Source: Gammaproteobacteria bacterium (GTDB lineage Bacteria; Pseudomonadota; Gammaproteobacteria; Eutrophobiales; Eutrophobiaceae). From it: 64,000 nucleotides of DNA. The translations under genes were made by a program, and so were the position numbers. The notes beneath the pieces were generated by a model that was not told the origin of the DNA, did no database searches, and was given only the letters and a program-made list of their open reading frames with translations. Every line of letters starts with the position of its first letter. Position 1 is the first letter of the stretch. Positions 9,025-18,536 of the stretch are shown here, piece by piece. The stretch is taken from positions 576,001 through 640,000 of the forward strand of contig OZ244905.1 of NCBI GenBank assembly GCA_965221695.1, written 5' to 3'.

Positions 9025-11523
9025 ATGAAGATACCAAATGTTGCATTATTGATATTACTGATCATATTCAACTCAATGCCGGGCATCACCGCGGCGCAGG
9101 AAGATGTGGAAGAAATCGTTGTGATCGGTGTTACGCCTTCTCGGGACGGGGCGGGATTATCTGAAGATAAAATACCTTACCGGGTACAATCAGCGTCGGC
9201 AGAGGATATCGATCGGTCGCAGAGCCTTGATATATCCGATTTTCTCAGGCACAACCTTGCCAGCATCACCCACAATGATGCGCAGAACAACCCCCTGCAG
9301 CCGGATATACAATACCGCGGTTTCACTGCCTCGCCGCTGCTGGGCCTGTCGCAAGGCATGTCGGTGTACCAGAACGGCGTGCGCATCAACGAACCACTGG
9401 GCGATACGGTAAACTGGGACCTGCTGCCTGAATCCGCGATACACAGTATTGACCTGATCGGCGGCGCCAATCCGCTGTTTGGCCTGAATACGGTGGGCGG
9501 AGCGCTGTCGGTGAATATGAAGGACGGCTTCAACAGCGATGGCCACAGTGTGGAAGTGTACGGCGGTTCGTTTGAACGTATTGTTACCTCAGTGGAGAGC
9601 GGCGGCAACAATGGTTCGCTGGGTTATTATGCAAACGTCAGTTATTTCGATGAGGACGGATGGCGCGATGAATCACCATCCGATGCGCTCAACCTGTACG
9701 GCAGCCTGAGCTGGCGCAGCGCGATGTCCCGCTTGAACCTGAACGTCCAACATGGCGACAGCAAACTGATCGGCAATGGCGCGATCCCCGAGGAATTGCT
9801 GGCCGATGACCGGGATGCAGTCTTCACAGCCCCCGATGTCACTGAGAACGACTTGATCATGGTCAGCCTGGATGGCAGCCACAACTTCAATGACAACATG
9901 AAGCTCAATTTCAACATTTTCTATCGTGAAAATGATGGCTCTTCATTCAATGGCGACGGCAGTGAATTTGGCATTGAGTTCGACGATGACGGCATGTGGA
10001 TGCTGGTTGAAGAGGACGATGACGATGATGATGACGATGACGACAACGGCCATGACGACGATGACGATGATAACGGCAATGGCAACGACGATGATGACGA
10101 CGATAACGGCCATGATGACGATGATGATGACAATGGCCATGACGACGATGACGGCGACCACGACGAGGAAGAAGGCGTTGACACATACGGTGACGGCGAT
10201 CTTTCAGATGTGGGCATCGTTGCCATCAACAATACCAGCAGCCGCCGTCAGGAAAGCTACGGCACGGATATCCAGTTGACGTTGATGAACGACCTGATGG
10301 GCATGGAAAACCAGATGATCGTGGGCTTCACCTATTACAAGGGAGAAAGCACATTCCGCTCCGAAACGGAAATCGCCGACCTGGACCCCATAACCCGCAG
10401 CACCGTGGGCCTGGGCGCCGGCGTGTTCGTTGAAGATGCCAGGACCAACCTGGAGACGGAAACGGAAACCACCAGTTTTTACTTCATGAACGCGCTGAGC
10501 CTGTCGGAACAGCTTACCCTGGTCGTGTCCGGACGCCTGAACAACACCTTGATCGACCTTCAGGACCTCTCAGGCGAGCGTCCCGAACTGAACGGCGAAC
10601 ATGACTTCTTCCGCTTCAACCCGGCGGTGGGTCTGACATACCAACCCATGGATAACATCAATATCTACGGCAGTTACAGCGAATCGAACCGCGCCCCGAC
10701 GCCGATCGAACTTGCTTGCAACGACAGCGTCTATACACGTGCGCAATTGTTTGCCGACGACCCGGATGATGTTGATTTTGAATGCCGCCTGCCCAATGCG
10801 TTCCTGGCGGATCCACCCCTGAACGATGTGGTAAGCAAGAGTTTTGAAGCAGGCGTTCGCGGCAACATCGGTCTGGCCGATTACCACTTAGGATTCTTCC
10901 ATACCACCAACCACGATGACATCCTGTTCCAGACCACCGGCAGGGCCACCGGCCTGTTCGCCAACGTGGACAAGACCCGCCACCTGGGTTTTGAGGGACA
11001 GTTGAACGGTTCGACTGATAATATCAACTGGTTCCTGGCCTACACTTACCTGGAAGCAACTTTTGAAGATGATTTCATCGCAGTGGAGAACGAGAACCAT
11101 CCGCTGGGCGATGACATTGAGGTCGAATCAGGTGATCGCATACCGGGACTGCCGAAACATACGTTGAAACTGGGGGCTGATTACCTGCTGTTCGAGCGTC
11201 TGAATGTCGGTTTTGACGTAGCCTACACCTCCAAAAAGGAACTGCGCGGCAACGAGGGCAACGACCGGGATGAAGACGGGTACCTGAACCCCGTAGACGG
11301 CTATGCTGTGGTCAACCTGCGTGCCAGTTACCAGGTCAACGATAACATCCAGATTTTCGGCCGGGTCACCAACTTGTTTGACGAAGACTACGAGAGCTTT
11401 GGCCTGCTTGGCGAAGAACCGGACGAAGTGGCAGTAGAGGAGTTTGAGGACTATGAAAGCCCGCGCTTCGTCGGACCGGGAGCGCCGCGAGCAGGATTTG
11501 TCGGCATAAAGTTGAGTATGTAA
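9025..11523 (+). CDS. TonB-dependent receptor with Asp/His-rich insertion
   Basis: Signal peptide, EEIVVIG TonB box, plug with RGFTASPLLG...YQNGVRINE, C-terminal NLFDEDY...PGAPRAGFVGIKLSM. Confidence 0.92.
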   Translation: MKIPNVALLILLIIFNSMPGITAAQEDVEEIVVIGVTPSRDGAGLSEDKIPYRVQSASAEDIDRSQSLDISDFLRHNLASITHNDAQNNPLQPDIQYRGFTASPLLGLSQGMSVYQNGVRINEPLGDTVNWDLLPESAIHSIDLIGGANPLFGLNTVGGALSVNMKDGFNSDGHSVEVYGGSFERIVTSVESGGNNGSLGYYANVSYFDEDGWRDESPSDALNLYGSLSWRSAMSRLNLNVQHGDSKLIGNGAIPEELLADDRDAVFTAPDVTENDLIMVSLDGSHNFNDNMKLNFNIFYRENDGSSFNGDGSEFGIEFDDDGMWMLVEEDDDDDDDDDDNGHDDDDDDNGNGNDDDDDDNGHDDDDDDNGHDDDDGDHDEEEGVDTYGDGDLSDVGIVAINNTSSRRQESYGTDIQLTLMNDLMGMENQMIVGFTYYKGESTFRSETEIADLDPITRSTVGLGAGVFVEDARTNLETETETTSFYFMNALSLSEQLTLVVSGRLNNTLIDLQDLSGERPELNGEHDFFRFNPAVGLTYQPMDNINIYGSYSESNRAPTPIELACNDSVYTRAQLFADDPDDVDFECRLPNAFLADPPLNDVVSKSFEAGVRGNIGLADYHLGFFHTTNHDDILFQTTGRATGLFANVDKTRHLGFEGQLNGSTDNINWFLAYTYLEATFEDDFIAVENENHPLGDDIEVESGDRIPGLPKHTLKLGADYLLFERLNVGFDVAYTSKKELRGNEGNDRDEDGYLNPVDGYAVVNLRASYQVNDNIQIFGRVTNLFDEDYESFGLLGEEPDEVAVEEFEDYESPRFVGPGAPRAGFVGIKLSM
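10009..10173 (+). repeat. In-frame tandem repeat encoding EE-D10-(NGH-D4-6)-type units
   Basis: ~27-nt units AAYGGCCATGAYGAYGAT... with mixed GAC/GAT codons. Confidence 0.95.
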
Positions 11524-11539
11524 ACCTAGTACTCTGACC

Positions 11540-11574
11540 AAAGGCGCTGGCAAAGGACTTGCAAGCGCCTTTTT
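11540..11574 (+). terminator. Rho-independent terminator after the TonB receptor
   Basis: AAAGGCGCT-GGCAA...TTGC-AAGCGCCTTTTT hairpin with T-tract. Confidence 0.75.
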
Positions 11575-11583
11575 CATTACTAT

Positions 11584-11603
11584 GACTTAACCTCAGAGGT
11601 TTC
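11584..11603. repeat. Mini-palindrome family, right half only
   Basis: GACTTAACCTCAGAGGTTTC-TTAA. Confidence 0.65.
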
Positions 11604-11679
11604 TTAACCCTGATTTTCTGCCAATCCATATAAATTCACCGCCAAAACGGGTACACTTGCGTCCCTTTACTGACATGAC

Positions 11680-12231
11680 GTGATCAATATGGAACAAGCC
11701 TACGCAGACATTATCAGCGAAATAGAAAACCTGGAGCGGCCAGGATTGGAAAAGACGCCGCGGCGCGCAGCGAAGGCCATGCGTTTTCTTACACGCGGCT
11801 ACAACCAGAGCCTGGATGATATCATTAACGACGCGCGCTTCCCGACAGAAAGCTGCGAAATGGTTCTGGTCCAGGATATTGAGCTCTATTCGCTGTGTGA
11901 ACACCATCTGCTGCCGTTTGTCGGCAAATGCCATGTGGCCTACATCCCGGACAAATTTGTGATAGGTCTGTCCAAGATCGCCCGAATCGTCGATATGTTC
12001 GCGCGCCGGCTACAAAATCAGGAAAACCTGACTATGGATATTGCCAAGGCTATGAATGCCGCAACAGAAGTTGAAGATGTCGCTGTGATTATCGAATCCA
12101 AGCATATGTGCATGATGATGCGCGGGGTGGAAAAACAGAATTCATTAATGAAAACCTCAGCCATGCTGGGTATTTTCAGGTCCAACTCCAGCACTCGGGC
12201 AGAACTGTTTTCGCTCCTGAAATCTACTTGA
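11680..12231 (+). CDS. folE: GTP cyclohydrolase I
   Basis: [37 protein letters not shown]. Confidence 0.96.
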   Translation: MINMEQAYADIISEIENLERPGLEKTPRRAAKAMRFLTRGYNQSLDDIINDARFPTESCEMVLVQDIELYSLCEHHLLPFVGKCHVAYIPDKFVIGLSKIARIVDMFARRLQNQENLTMDIAKAMNAATEVEDVAVIIESKHMCMMMRGVEKQNSLMKTSAMLGIFRSNSSTRAELFSLLKST

Positions 12232-12306
12232 GTCGTCTTGCGCCTCGGCACAAGCGCTCCCGTATTTCTCACCGGTAGATGACCACTCAGTGACGATGAG
12301 TCTTAC

Positions 12307-13173
12307 TTATAGAAACCCGTGTAACTCCGCGACGAACCGCTTGAGTTGATCATGATGCGGCCAGTGCCCGGCGTTTTCGTATAGAGAGACCTCAGCGTTA
12401 CGAAAATAACTCAGCCTGCCATCTTCTGCCGGGTTGGATGCCCAACTGTCCTTACCATAAATCAGACGGATAGGACAGGTAATCGCTCCCCAAAGCTGTT
12501 TGATGATCGCCGGCTCCAAGTCAACAGGCGGAAAGATACGCGCGCAATTATCAAACTTCCAACTGTATGTGCCGTCCTCATTCTGGATCACGCCATGGTG
12601 GGTAAGGTGGCGAGCTTGCTCGTCCGTCAGATGACTGTTTACAGTCTTCATACGCTGGTAAGCATCCGCCAAGGATTTATAACGTTTCGGCTGCCTGCCC
12701 GCCATTTGCCGCCTCTCATCTATCCAGTTGCGCACACGCTGCGCCATGGGCACAGCCTCCAACTGCTCGATATGTTCCGGTCCTAATGCCATACCTTCAA
12801 TAACGACCAGCTTGCGCACTGCATCCGGATACAGTCCGGTGTAGCGCAATGAGATGGAACCGCCTAAGGAATGCCCGACAATCGTGACTGGCTGCAATTC
12901 AAGCTGGTGTATCAGTTGCGCCAGATCGTAGACAAAAGTTGACATGCAATAATAACCATCCGGCGACCATTCACTATCTCCATGACCGCGCAGATCGGGC
13001 GCAATCACATGCCAATCCCGCGCCAGAGTACGTGCGATCCAGTCCCAACTCCGGCAATGGTCCCGGTTCCCATGAACCAGCAACAGTGGCGGCGCCGAGG
13101 GGTTGCCCCAGTCAACATAGCGCAGGCGCAAACGCTGGGAGATAAAAATATGAGATGTAGGACCGAGACTCAT
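12307..13173 (-). CDS. Alpha/beta hydrolase
   Basis: HG oxyanion motif, DLRGHGDS, GHSLGG nucleophile elbow, AGHWPH. Confidence 0.9.
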   Translation of the reverse strand: MSLGPTSHIFISQRLRLRYVDWGNPSAPPLLLVHGNRDHCRSWDWIARTLARDWHVIAPDLRGHGDSEWSPDGYYCMSTFVYDLAQLIHQLELQPVTIVGHSLGGSISLRYTGLYPDAVRKLVVIEGMALGPEHIEQLEAVPMAQRVRNWIDERRQMAGRQPKRYKSLADAYQRMKTVNSHLTDEQARHLTHHGVIQNEDGTYSWKFDNCARIFPPVDLEPAIIKQLWGAITCPIRLIYGKDSWASNPAEDGRLSYFRNAEVSLYENAGHWPHHDQLKRFVAELHGFL

Positions 13174-13351
13174 TTCAGCAACCAGTATACCACTGGCAGA
13201 ACATTGATATTTGGTCAGAATGACCGGCCTGCTCTATAAAGCAGATAATACTGACAATCGCGATGGAGTTGCGTTAACTCCTTTATTACGCTACATAACT
13301 CGTGCGACCCCTTGATTTTGCTTCTTGGTTTCTGCTGTCTTTACCTGATTA

Positions 13352-13487
13352 TCAAGTTTCCAAAAACAAGCCTACCTCGACCTTTTCCTGCTTGAGAATC
13401 TCTCTCAGAGTCCCTTCGGGCATATCGCCCGGATGATTGGGAATGGTGGTATATCTGCCGGTATTTGAACCCTGACAACCGGCCCAT
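13352..13487 (-). pseudogene. hicA: HicA toxin pseudogene (internal deletion with frameshift)
   Basis: ATG overlaps hicB stop (TGATG); MGRLSGFKYRQI in one frame, NTGRYTTIPNHPGDMPEGTLREILKQ in another; central GSH segment missing. Confidence 0.8.
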
Positions 13488-13717
13488 CAGGCGCCAAGAA
13501 CCAATGGGTAATCGAACGAATCTTCAGCATGTTTCAATTTAGCTTGTTGGCGGCGTTCTGCTTTTGTTTCCAGCAGCTTCTTTTCTACGTCACGTGTGAT
13601 TTTCAGTGTTTCGGTAATGGTACGTCCCTGGGCAACCAGGCCCGGGATATCCTCACTGGTAGCCAGGTACACCCCATCCGGGAGTTTCTCGATATGAACG
13701 TTGGCAATTTGTTCCAT
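13487..13717 (-). CDS. hicB: HicB-like antitoxin (DUF1902 type)
   Basis: IEKLPDGVYLATSEDIPGLVAQGRTITE partial RNase H fold; coupled to hicA remnant. Confidence 0.82.
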   Translation of the reverse strand: MEQIANVHIEKLPDGVYLATSEDIPGLVAQGRTITETLKITRDVEKKLLETKAERRQQAKLKHAEDSFDYPLVLGA

Positions 13718-13849
13718 TATTATCTCCGGGTTATTGAAGAGCGTTACACAGGAGTACAGAAGGTTGGATTTTATCTTGGTTCCGTTCCATATTCAAAAGG
13801 AAATCAGATTGGATGATACGTCTCGCCTTGGGAGCAACTTTGTGTTCCA

Positions 13850-13875
13850 CTGGATTCCCACCTGCGCGGGATGGC
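13850..13875. repeat. CTGGATTCCC-Nx-GGGAATG palindrome (dRS3/RPE-like), copy 1
   Basis: CTGGATTCCCACCTGCGCGGGATGGC; relatives at 43688 and 53859. Confidence 0.6.
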
Positions 13876-14132
13876 AAATGTATAGCGATGACCGCGAACC
13901 TGCTCGCTCAGGGTATAATTCTCCTTAAAGCCATGTTTTGGTGTATGAAAAGCGAAGTTTAAGTCTGCTGAAAACAGGCTTATTTCGACAGTTTTCCTTT
14001 AGAATCAGCGGGCTCTGTCAGGCTGAACTGGTCTGTCCCCTCACAACCATACGGGACACTTTATTCCGGAAGATGTACCGGAAATGTTGTTGGAGCGTGT
14101 CTGGGATTTTCTATTAATGAAGGAGGAGTAAA

Positions 14133-15356
14133 ATGTCGTACAGAAAATATGATCGAATGCCTATGAGAATAAATATTAGAGACAGAAGAAATTTAAATCC
14201 CATTTTGGTTTGCGCCCTGTTTTTCATATTTTCATTAGGCAGCGCCGTGGTGAAGCCACACGGCGAAAATGGGATGGTAACGTCCCTTGGGAAGGAAAAA
14301 GCTGTTTTCTATAAAAATTATTATTTTCCGAATACAGAAAAATTGGCAGAAGACGAAATGCGGGTAATTGCTTTGGGAACGGGTAATCCTGATCTCCGCA
14401 AATCACAAGTTGCTCCTTCCTGGTTTGTTGAACTCGGAAACGGAGATAAGTTTTTCTTCGACGTGGGTATTGGTTCACAGGTCAATTTTCCCATGTTGCA
14501 AATATCATTTCGCGAAGCAGATAAAGTATTTTTGACACATCTACATGTTGATCATGTGGGTGACTTGGATGCCTTATGGTTGTCTGGTTGGGTTTCAAAT
14601 CGCTACGACAGACCACTAAGGGTATGGGGCCCCAGTGGTGCGAAAAAGAAGTATGGAACCAGATATTTTATTAATAAGCAAAAGGAAGCATGGGCTTGGG
14701 ATGTCGATAGTCGTCACGGCAAACTTCCAGCTGCAGGCGCCGGAATAGAAGTTAACGAATTCGATTTTTCCAGAACACAAGTCGTCTATAACGAAAACGG
14801 TGTCAGGATTACATCAATCCCCGCGCTGCATATTATGGATGGTCCGGTTAGTTATCGCCTGGACTGGAACGGATTGAGCTTCGCCTATTCAGGTGATACA
14901 ACACCAACCCGTTTTTTTGTTGATGCAACCCAAGGTGTTGATCTGCTGATACATGAGGCTTTTCCTACAGCCAGTCAAATGGAAGAACGTATCGGATGGG
15001 ACAGGGAAACCGCCAAGGTTGTCGGTGAATTTGTGCATACAGCGCCGAGTGATGCAGGTAAGGTTTTTGAAATGACGAAACCACGTCATGCTGTGGCCTA
15101 TCATTTCTGGAATGATTTTGATTTAATTCATGAAGTGTATGATGAAGTAAGGAAGTTCTACAAAGGACCGTTATCATTAGCAGCGGATGGCATGGTATTC
15201 AACATTACCAAAGAGAAGATCATCGTCAGGGAATTGGTTGGACCTACTAATACTTATGAAGAAGCTGTTGATCCTGAAGCTTTTGGTAATGCAAAACGCG
15301 GCAAGAATATTCCCCCTTCTGACTGGTTGCTCAAGGGAAGACTATTTTCAGATTAA
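14133..15356 (+). CDS. MBL-fold metallohydrolase, RNase Z/arylsulfatase-like (GntH-like), probably exported
   Basis: YFPNTEKL...MRVIALGTG, THLHVDHVGD, YSGDT, DLLIHE, HT, AYH; N-terminal hydrophobic segment; AT-rich; true start may be downstream. Confidence 0.8.
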   Translation: MSYRKYDRMPMRINIRDRRNLNPILVCALFFIFSLGSAVVKPHGENGMVTSLGKEKAVFYKNYYFPNTEKLAEDEMRVIALGTGNPDLRKSQVAPSWFVELGNGDKFFFDVGIGSQVNFPMLQISFREADKVFLTHLHVDHVGDLDALWLSGWVSNRYDRPLRVWGPSGAKKKYGTRYFINKQKEAWAWDVDSRHGKLPAAGAGIEVNEFDFSRTQVVYNENGVRITSIPALHIMDGPVSYRLDWNGLSFAYSGDTTPTRFFVDATQGVDLLIHEAFPTASQMEERIGWDRETAKVVGEFVHTAPSDAGKVFEMTKPRHAVAYHFWNDFDLIHEVYDEVRKFYKGPLSLAADGMVFNITKEKIIVRELVGPTNTYEEAVDPEAFGNAKRGKNIPPSDWLLKGRLFSD

Positions 15357-15431
15357 AATAGTGCGAAAGATTGGTGCATTATTATTCCTCTTATTTTTTA
15401 TTCAACAGGTTGAATTGACAATAAAGAGAGC

Positions 15432-15507
<76 letters not shown>

Positions 15508-15639
15508 AATGAGGGCGTATTGTCGAGCAAACCCGGCATAACTTCAAGAACTTTAAAACAGTTGTCCGACGGAATTCAGAGCTTGTATTGCGATTGAATC
15601 TCACGGGCTACAGGTCCGTTCTCATGATATTATGCTGAT

Positions 15640-17229
15640 ATGAGTCATCGTCGCCTGCTGCCTATCGGTATCCAGACCTTCCGCACTATCAGAGAAAGTA
15701 ATTCGTATTACGTAGACAAAACGTCCTGGATTCACCTTCTGGCGAAAACAGGAAGCCGCTACTTCCTCTCCCGGCCCCGCCGTTTCGGTAAAAGCCTGCT
15801 GCTGGACACCATCGCCGAGTTGTTTGCTGGCTCTGAAGAATTATTTCAAGGCTTACACATTCATGACCGCTGGGACTGGTCGGTTTCCCATCCTGTGGTT
15901 CGTATCAGCTTTGGCGGCGGCGACTATCGGGAACTGGAAGGCGTGAACAGCCTCAGGAACGACCTTGACAGCCAGCTCTCCGAGTTGGAAGAACAGTTTG
16001 GCGTTCATGGCATCAGCGAGCCTTACTCGGCACCCCGGCGTTTCTCCAGTTTATTAAGAAAATTGCACGAGACCACTGGTCAGCGCGTCGTAGCGCTGGT
16101 GGATGAGTACGACAAACCCATCCTTGATATGCTGGAAGACTCGGAAGTTGCCAAAGCCAACCGGGATACGCTACGCGCATTCTATGCGGCCATCAAGGAG
16201 GCCGACGCGCATGTCCGATTCGCTTTTCTTACGGGAGTGAGCAGGTTTTCTCGTGTGAGCCTGTTCTCCGGGCTGAATAACCTGGAGGATATCACCCTGC
16301 AACCTGAATATTCTTCCATCTGTGGCTATACGGACAGGGATCTGGAAGAGGTCTTTGCGCCGGAGCTGCCAGAGCTGGACAGAAAGAAAATCAGGGAATG
16401 GTACAACGGTTACAACTGGCTGGGCGAAGACAAGGTCTATAACCCGTTCGATGTGCTGCTTCTGTTCAAAAAACAGAGGTTTGAGGCCCACTGGTTTGAA
16501 ACCGGCACGCCGACATTCCTTGTAGAGCGCCTGTTGCAACATGGCGTGACGTCCATGGATTTGGAGCAAATGGTAGCAACAAAAGACGTGCTCTCCAGCT
16601 TTGACGTGGAAGCAATTGACCCGGTAGCCCTTCTGTTTCAGACCGGCTATCTGACTATCCTGGAAGAATTGGAGGAAGAGTTTGAATACCGCCTGGGTTA
16701 TCCAAACCGAGAGGTGAAAGAGAGCTTGAACCGGTTCTGGCTGAATTATGTGTCCGGGCACAGCCAGGCATGCAGCAATGTTCGCAGCCGATTGCGCCAG
16801 GTTTTACGCACGCAGGACATTGCAGGGTTACGGGAAGCAATTCATGCCCTGTTCTCAGAAATACCCTATCAGTGGCACACCAGGAATCCTATCAGTGACT
16901 ATGAAGGTTACTATGCCAGTGTGTTCTATTCGCATCTGGCTGCCCTGGGCTTCAACCTCGTCGCAGAACAGTCCGTGAGCCAGGGGCGCGTGGACCTTGT
17001 ACTACGGACATCTGACTGTATTTACTTGTTAGAGTTCAAGGTGATCGACGGTGAGAAACCAGTGGGAAAGGCGCTGCGACAGGTGCAGGAAAAAAACTAT
17101 GCGGATCCTTATCGCTCCACTGGGCTGCCTGTCCACCTGGTCGGGGTAGAGTTTAGCCGAGAGAGCCGCAATGTTGTTGGAGTAGAACACCAATCGCTGA
17201 TTATTCCTCCCCACACAGATGAGGCATGA
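15640..17229 (+). CDS. AAA-ATPase-like protein with C-terminal PD-(D/E)XK nuclease domain
   Basis: LPIGIQTF, YYVDKT, RPRRFGKS, LVDEYDKP, GRVDL...LLEFK. Confidence 0.9.
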   Translation: MSHRRLLPIGIQTFRTIRESNSYYVDKTSWIHLLAKTGSRYFLSRPRRFGKSLLLDTIAELFAGSEELFQGLHIHDRWDWSVSHPVVRISFGGGDYRELEGVNSLRNDLDSQLSELEEQFGVHGISEPYSAPRRFSSLLRKLHETTGQRVVALVDEYDKPILDMLEDSEVAKANRDTLRAFYAAIKEADAHVRFAFLTGVSRFSRVSLFSGLNNLEDITLQPEYSSICGYTDRDLEEVFAPELPELDRKKIREWYNGYNWLGEDKVYNPFDVLLLFKKQRFEAHWFETGTPTFLVERLLQHGVTSMDLEQMVATKDVLSSFDVEAIDPVALLFQTGYLTILEELEEEFEYRLGYPNREVKESLNRFWLNYVSGHSQACSNVRSRLRQVLRTQDIAGLREAIHALFSEIPYQWHTRNPISDYEGYYASVFYSHLAALGFNLVAEQSVSQGRVDLVLRTSDCIYLLEFKVIDGEKPVGKALRQVQEKNYADPYRSTGLPVHLVGVEFSRESRNVVGVEHQSLIIPPHTDEA

Positions 17230-17429
17230 AGCGCCGACCTCTCTTTTGATAGCCGGTTTTGCCATTCACGCGCCCATCCATCTCCCCCCACAGTACTTTG
17301 GATAGGCTGATCAAATCCGCCAGTTCAGGATCTGCATAAAGGCTGTGCGTGCTCTGACAAATTCTGGACGGACTTGCCACGCTTGAATATATAACTTCAA
17401 TGTCAATAAGAGGCGCTGTCAGGATAATG

Positions 17430-18461
17430 TCATGCCTGTGCATAGTAACAGGTCCCGTTATGTAATTTCTTCTCCAGCCTGCCCCGGTTGTGTAGGTACT
17501 CAAGGTGCGCCAGGGTCTCACCGAAGGCCAGGACGCGGTTGAAATCGTCCAGTGGTCTGGGAAACAGTTTCGGGGACAGTTCCCAGGCATGGCCACGGGA
17601 CTCGCATAGCGCGTGAGTCTGCGCCAGTTGCTTGTTATGGGATTGGTGGATGGCGGCGGTGCGCCGGTGCAACCCTTTGAAAACCTTGCCGTGGGAAGGT
17701 AACACCAGTGTAACCTCCGGTAATTCCTCGAAGCGGGCCATGGAGCCCAGGTATTGTGCCAGCGGGTCTTCTTCCTGGTTATTGATGTGGCAGGCAACAT
17801 TGCTGGTGATCGTCGGCAATACCTGGTCGCCGGATATCAACAGCTCCAGTTCCAGACAGAACAGCGCCATGTGCTCTTCCGCGTGGCCGTTTACCACCAA
17901 CGGTTGCCAGGCATGGTCTCCAATGGGGATAGGCCGGTCGTGATCAACAATGGTAACCGTATCCGGCAGGCTGCTCACCGCCGTCCGATAGCGCTGGCCG
18001 GTAATGAACTCCAGGTACTGCTCTTGCGACCCGATGCCGTGTAAAAGACAGAAGGCCATCACGGCCTTGCGCCAGTCATCCTTGACGGTGTCCAGCAGGA
18101 ACCGGGTCCTTTGCGCGGTCATCCGGGTCATGACCAGTTCCGCGCCGAATCGTTCTCCCAGGTAGCCTGCCAGTCCAACGTGATCCGGATGAAAATGGGT
18201 AATAATTATCCGGTTTACGGGCTTGTCCCGCACCAGTTCGGCCACGATCCTGTCCCATGCCTCGTGCGCGGCGTTCCAGTCAAGACCCGTATCCACCAGG
18301 GTCCAGCTATCACCGGCATCCAGTAACCATAGGTTGATATGATCCAGCCCGCTCGGCAGTGGTATGCGCAACCAGAATATGCCGGGCCGTATTTCCATGA
18401 AGCCCCCTGGTTTGGGTGCAGTCTTAAAGGGGTAATGAAGTGAAAAGTCGCTTCCGCTCAT
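17430..18461 (-). CDS. MBL-fold metallohydrolase with C-terminal winged helix
   Basis: THFHPDHVG, GH, SGDQVLP, LPSHG, ETLAHL. Confidence 0.88.
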   Translation of the reverse strand: MSGSDFSLHYPFKTAPKPGGFMEIRPGIFWLRIPLPSGLDHINLWLLDAGDSWTLVDTGLDWNAAHEAWDRIVAELVRDKPVNRIIITHFHPDHVGLAGYLGERFGAELVMTRMTAQRTRFLLDTVKDDWRKAVMAFCLLHGIGSQEQYLEFITGQRYRTAVSSLPDTVTIVDHDRPIPIGDHAWQPLVVNGHAEEHMALFCLELELLISGDQVLPTITSNVACHINNQEEDPLAQYLGSMARFEELPEVTLVLPSHGKVFKGLHRRTAAIHQSHNKQLAQTHALCESRGHAWELSPKLFPRPLDDFNRVLAFGETLAHLEYLHNRGRLEKKLHNGTCYYAQA

Positions 18462-18536
18462 GGAAAAAATAAGGACAGTATACCACCCACGCTGTTGAGA
18501 AGCCAGCGGAATCCAGTTCCGTGCCCCCGGACTGTG

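Noticed and set aside
9921-10279. Poly-Ser, poly-Thr/Met and His/Arg-rich ORFs
   Set aside because: Alternative-frame shadows of the Asp repeat in the TonB receptor
17230-17430. Small gene or pseudogene between the AAA nuclease and MBL genes
   Set aside because: Translations show no recognisable family motif
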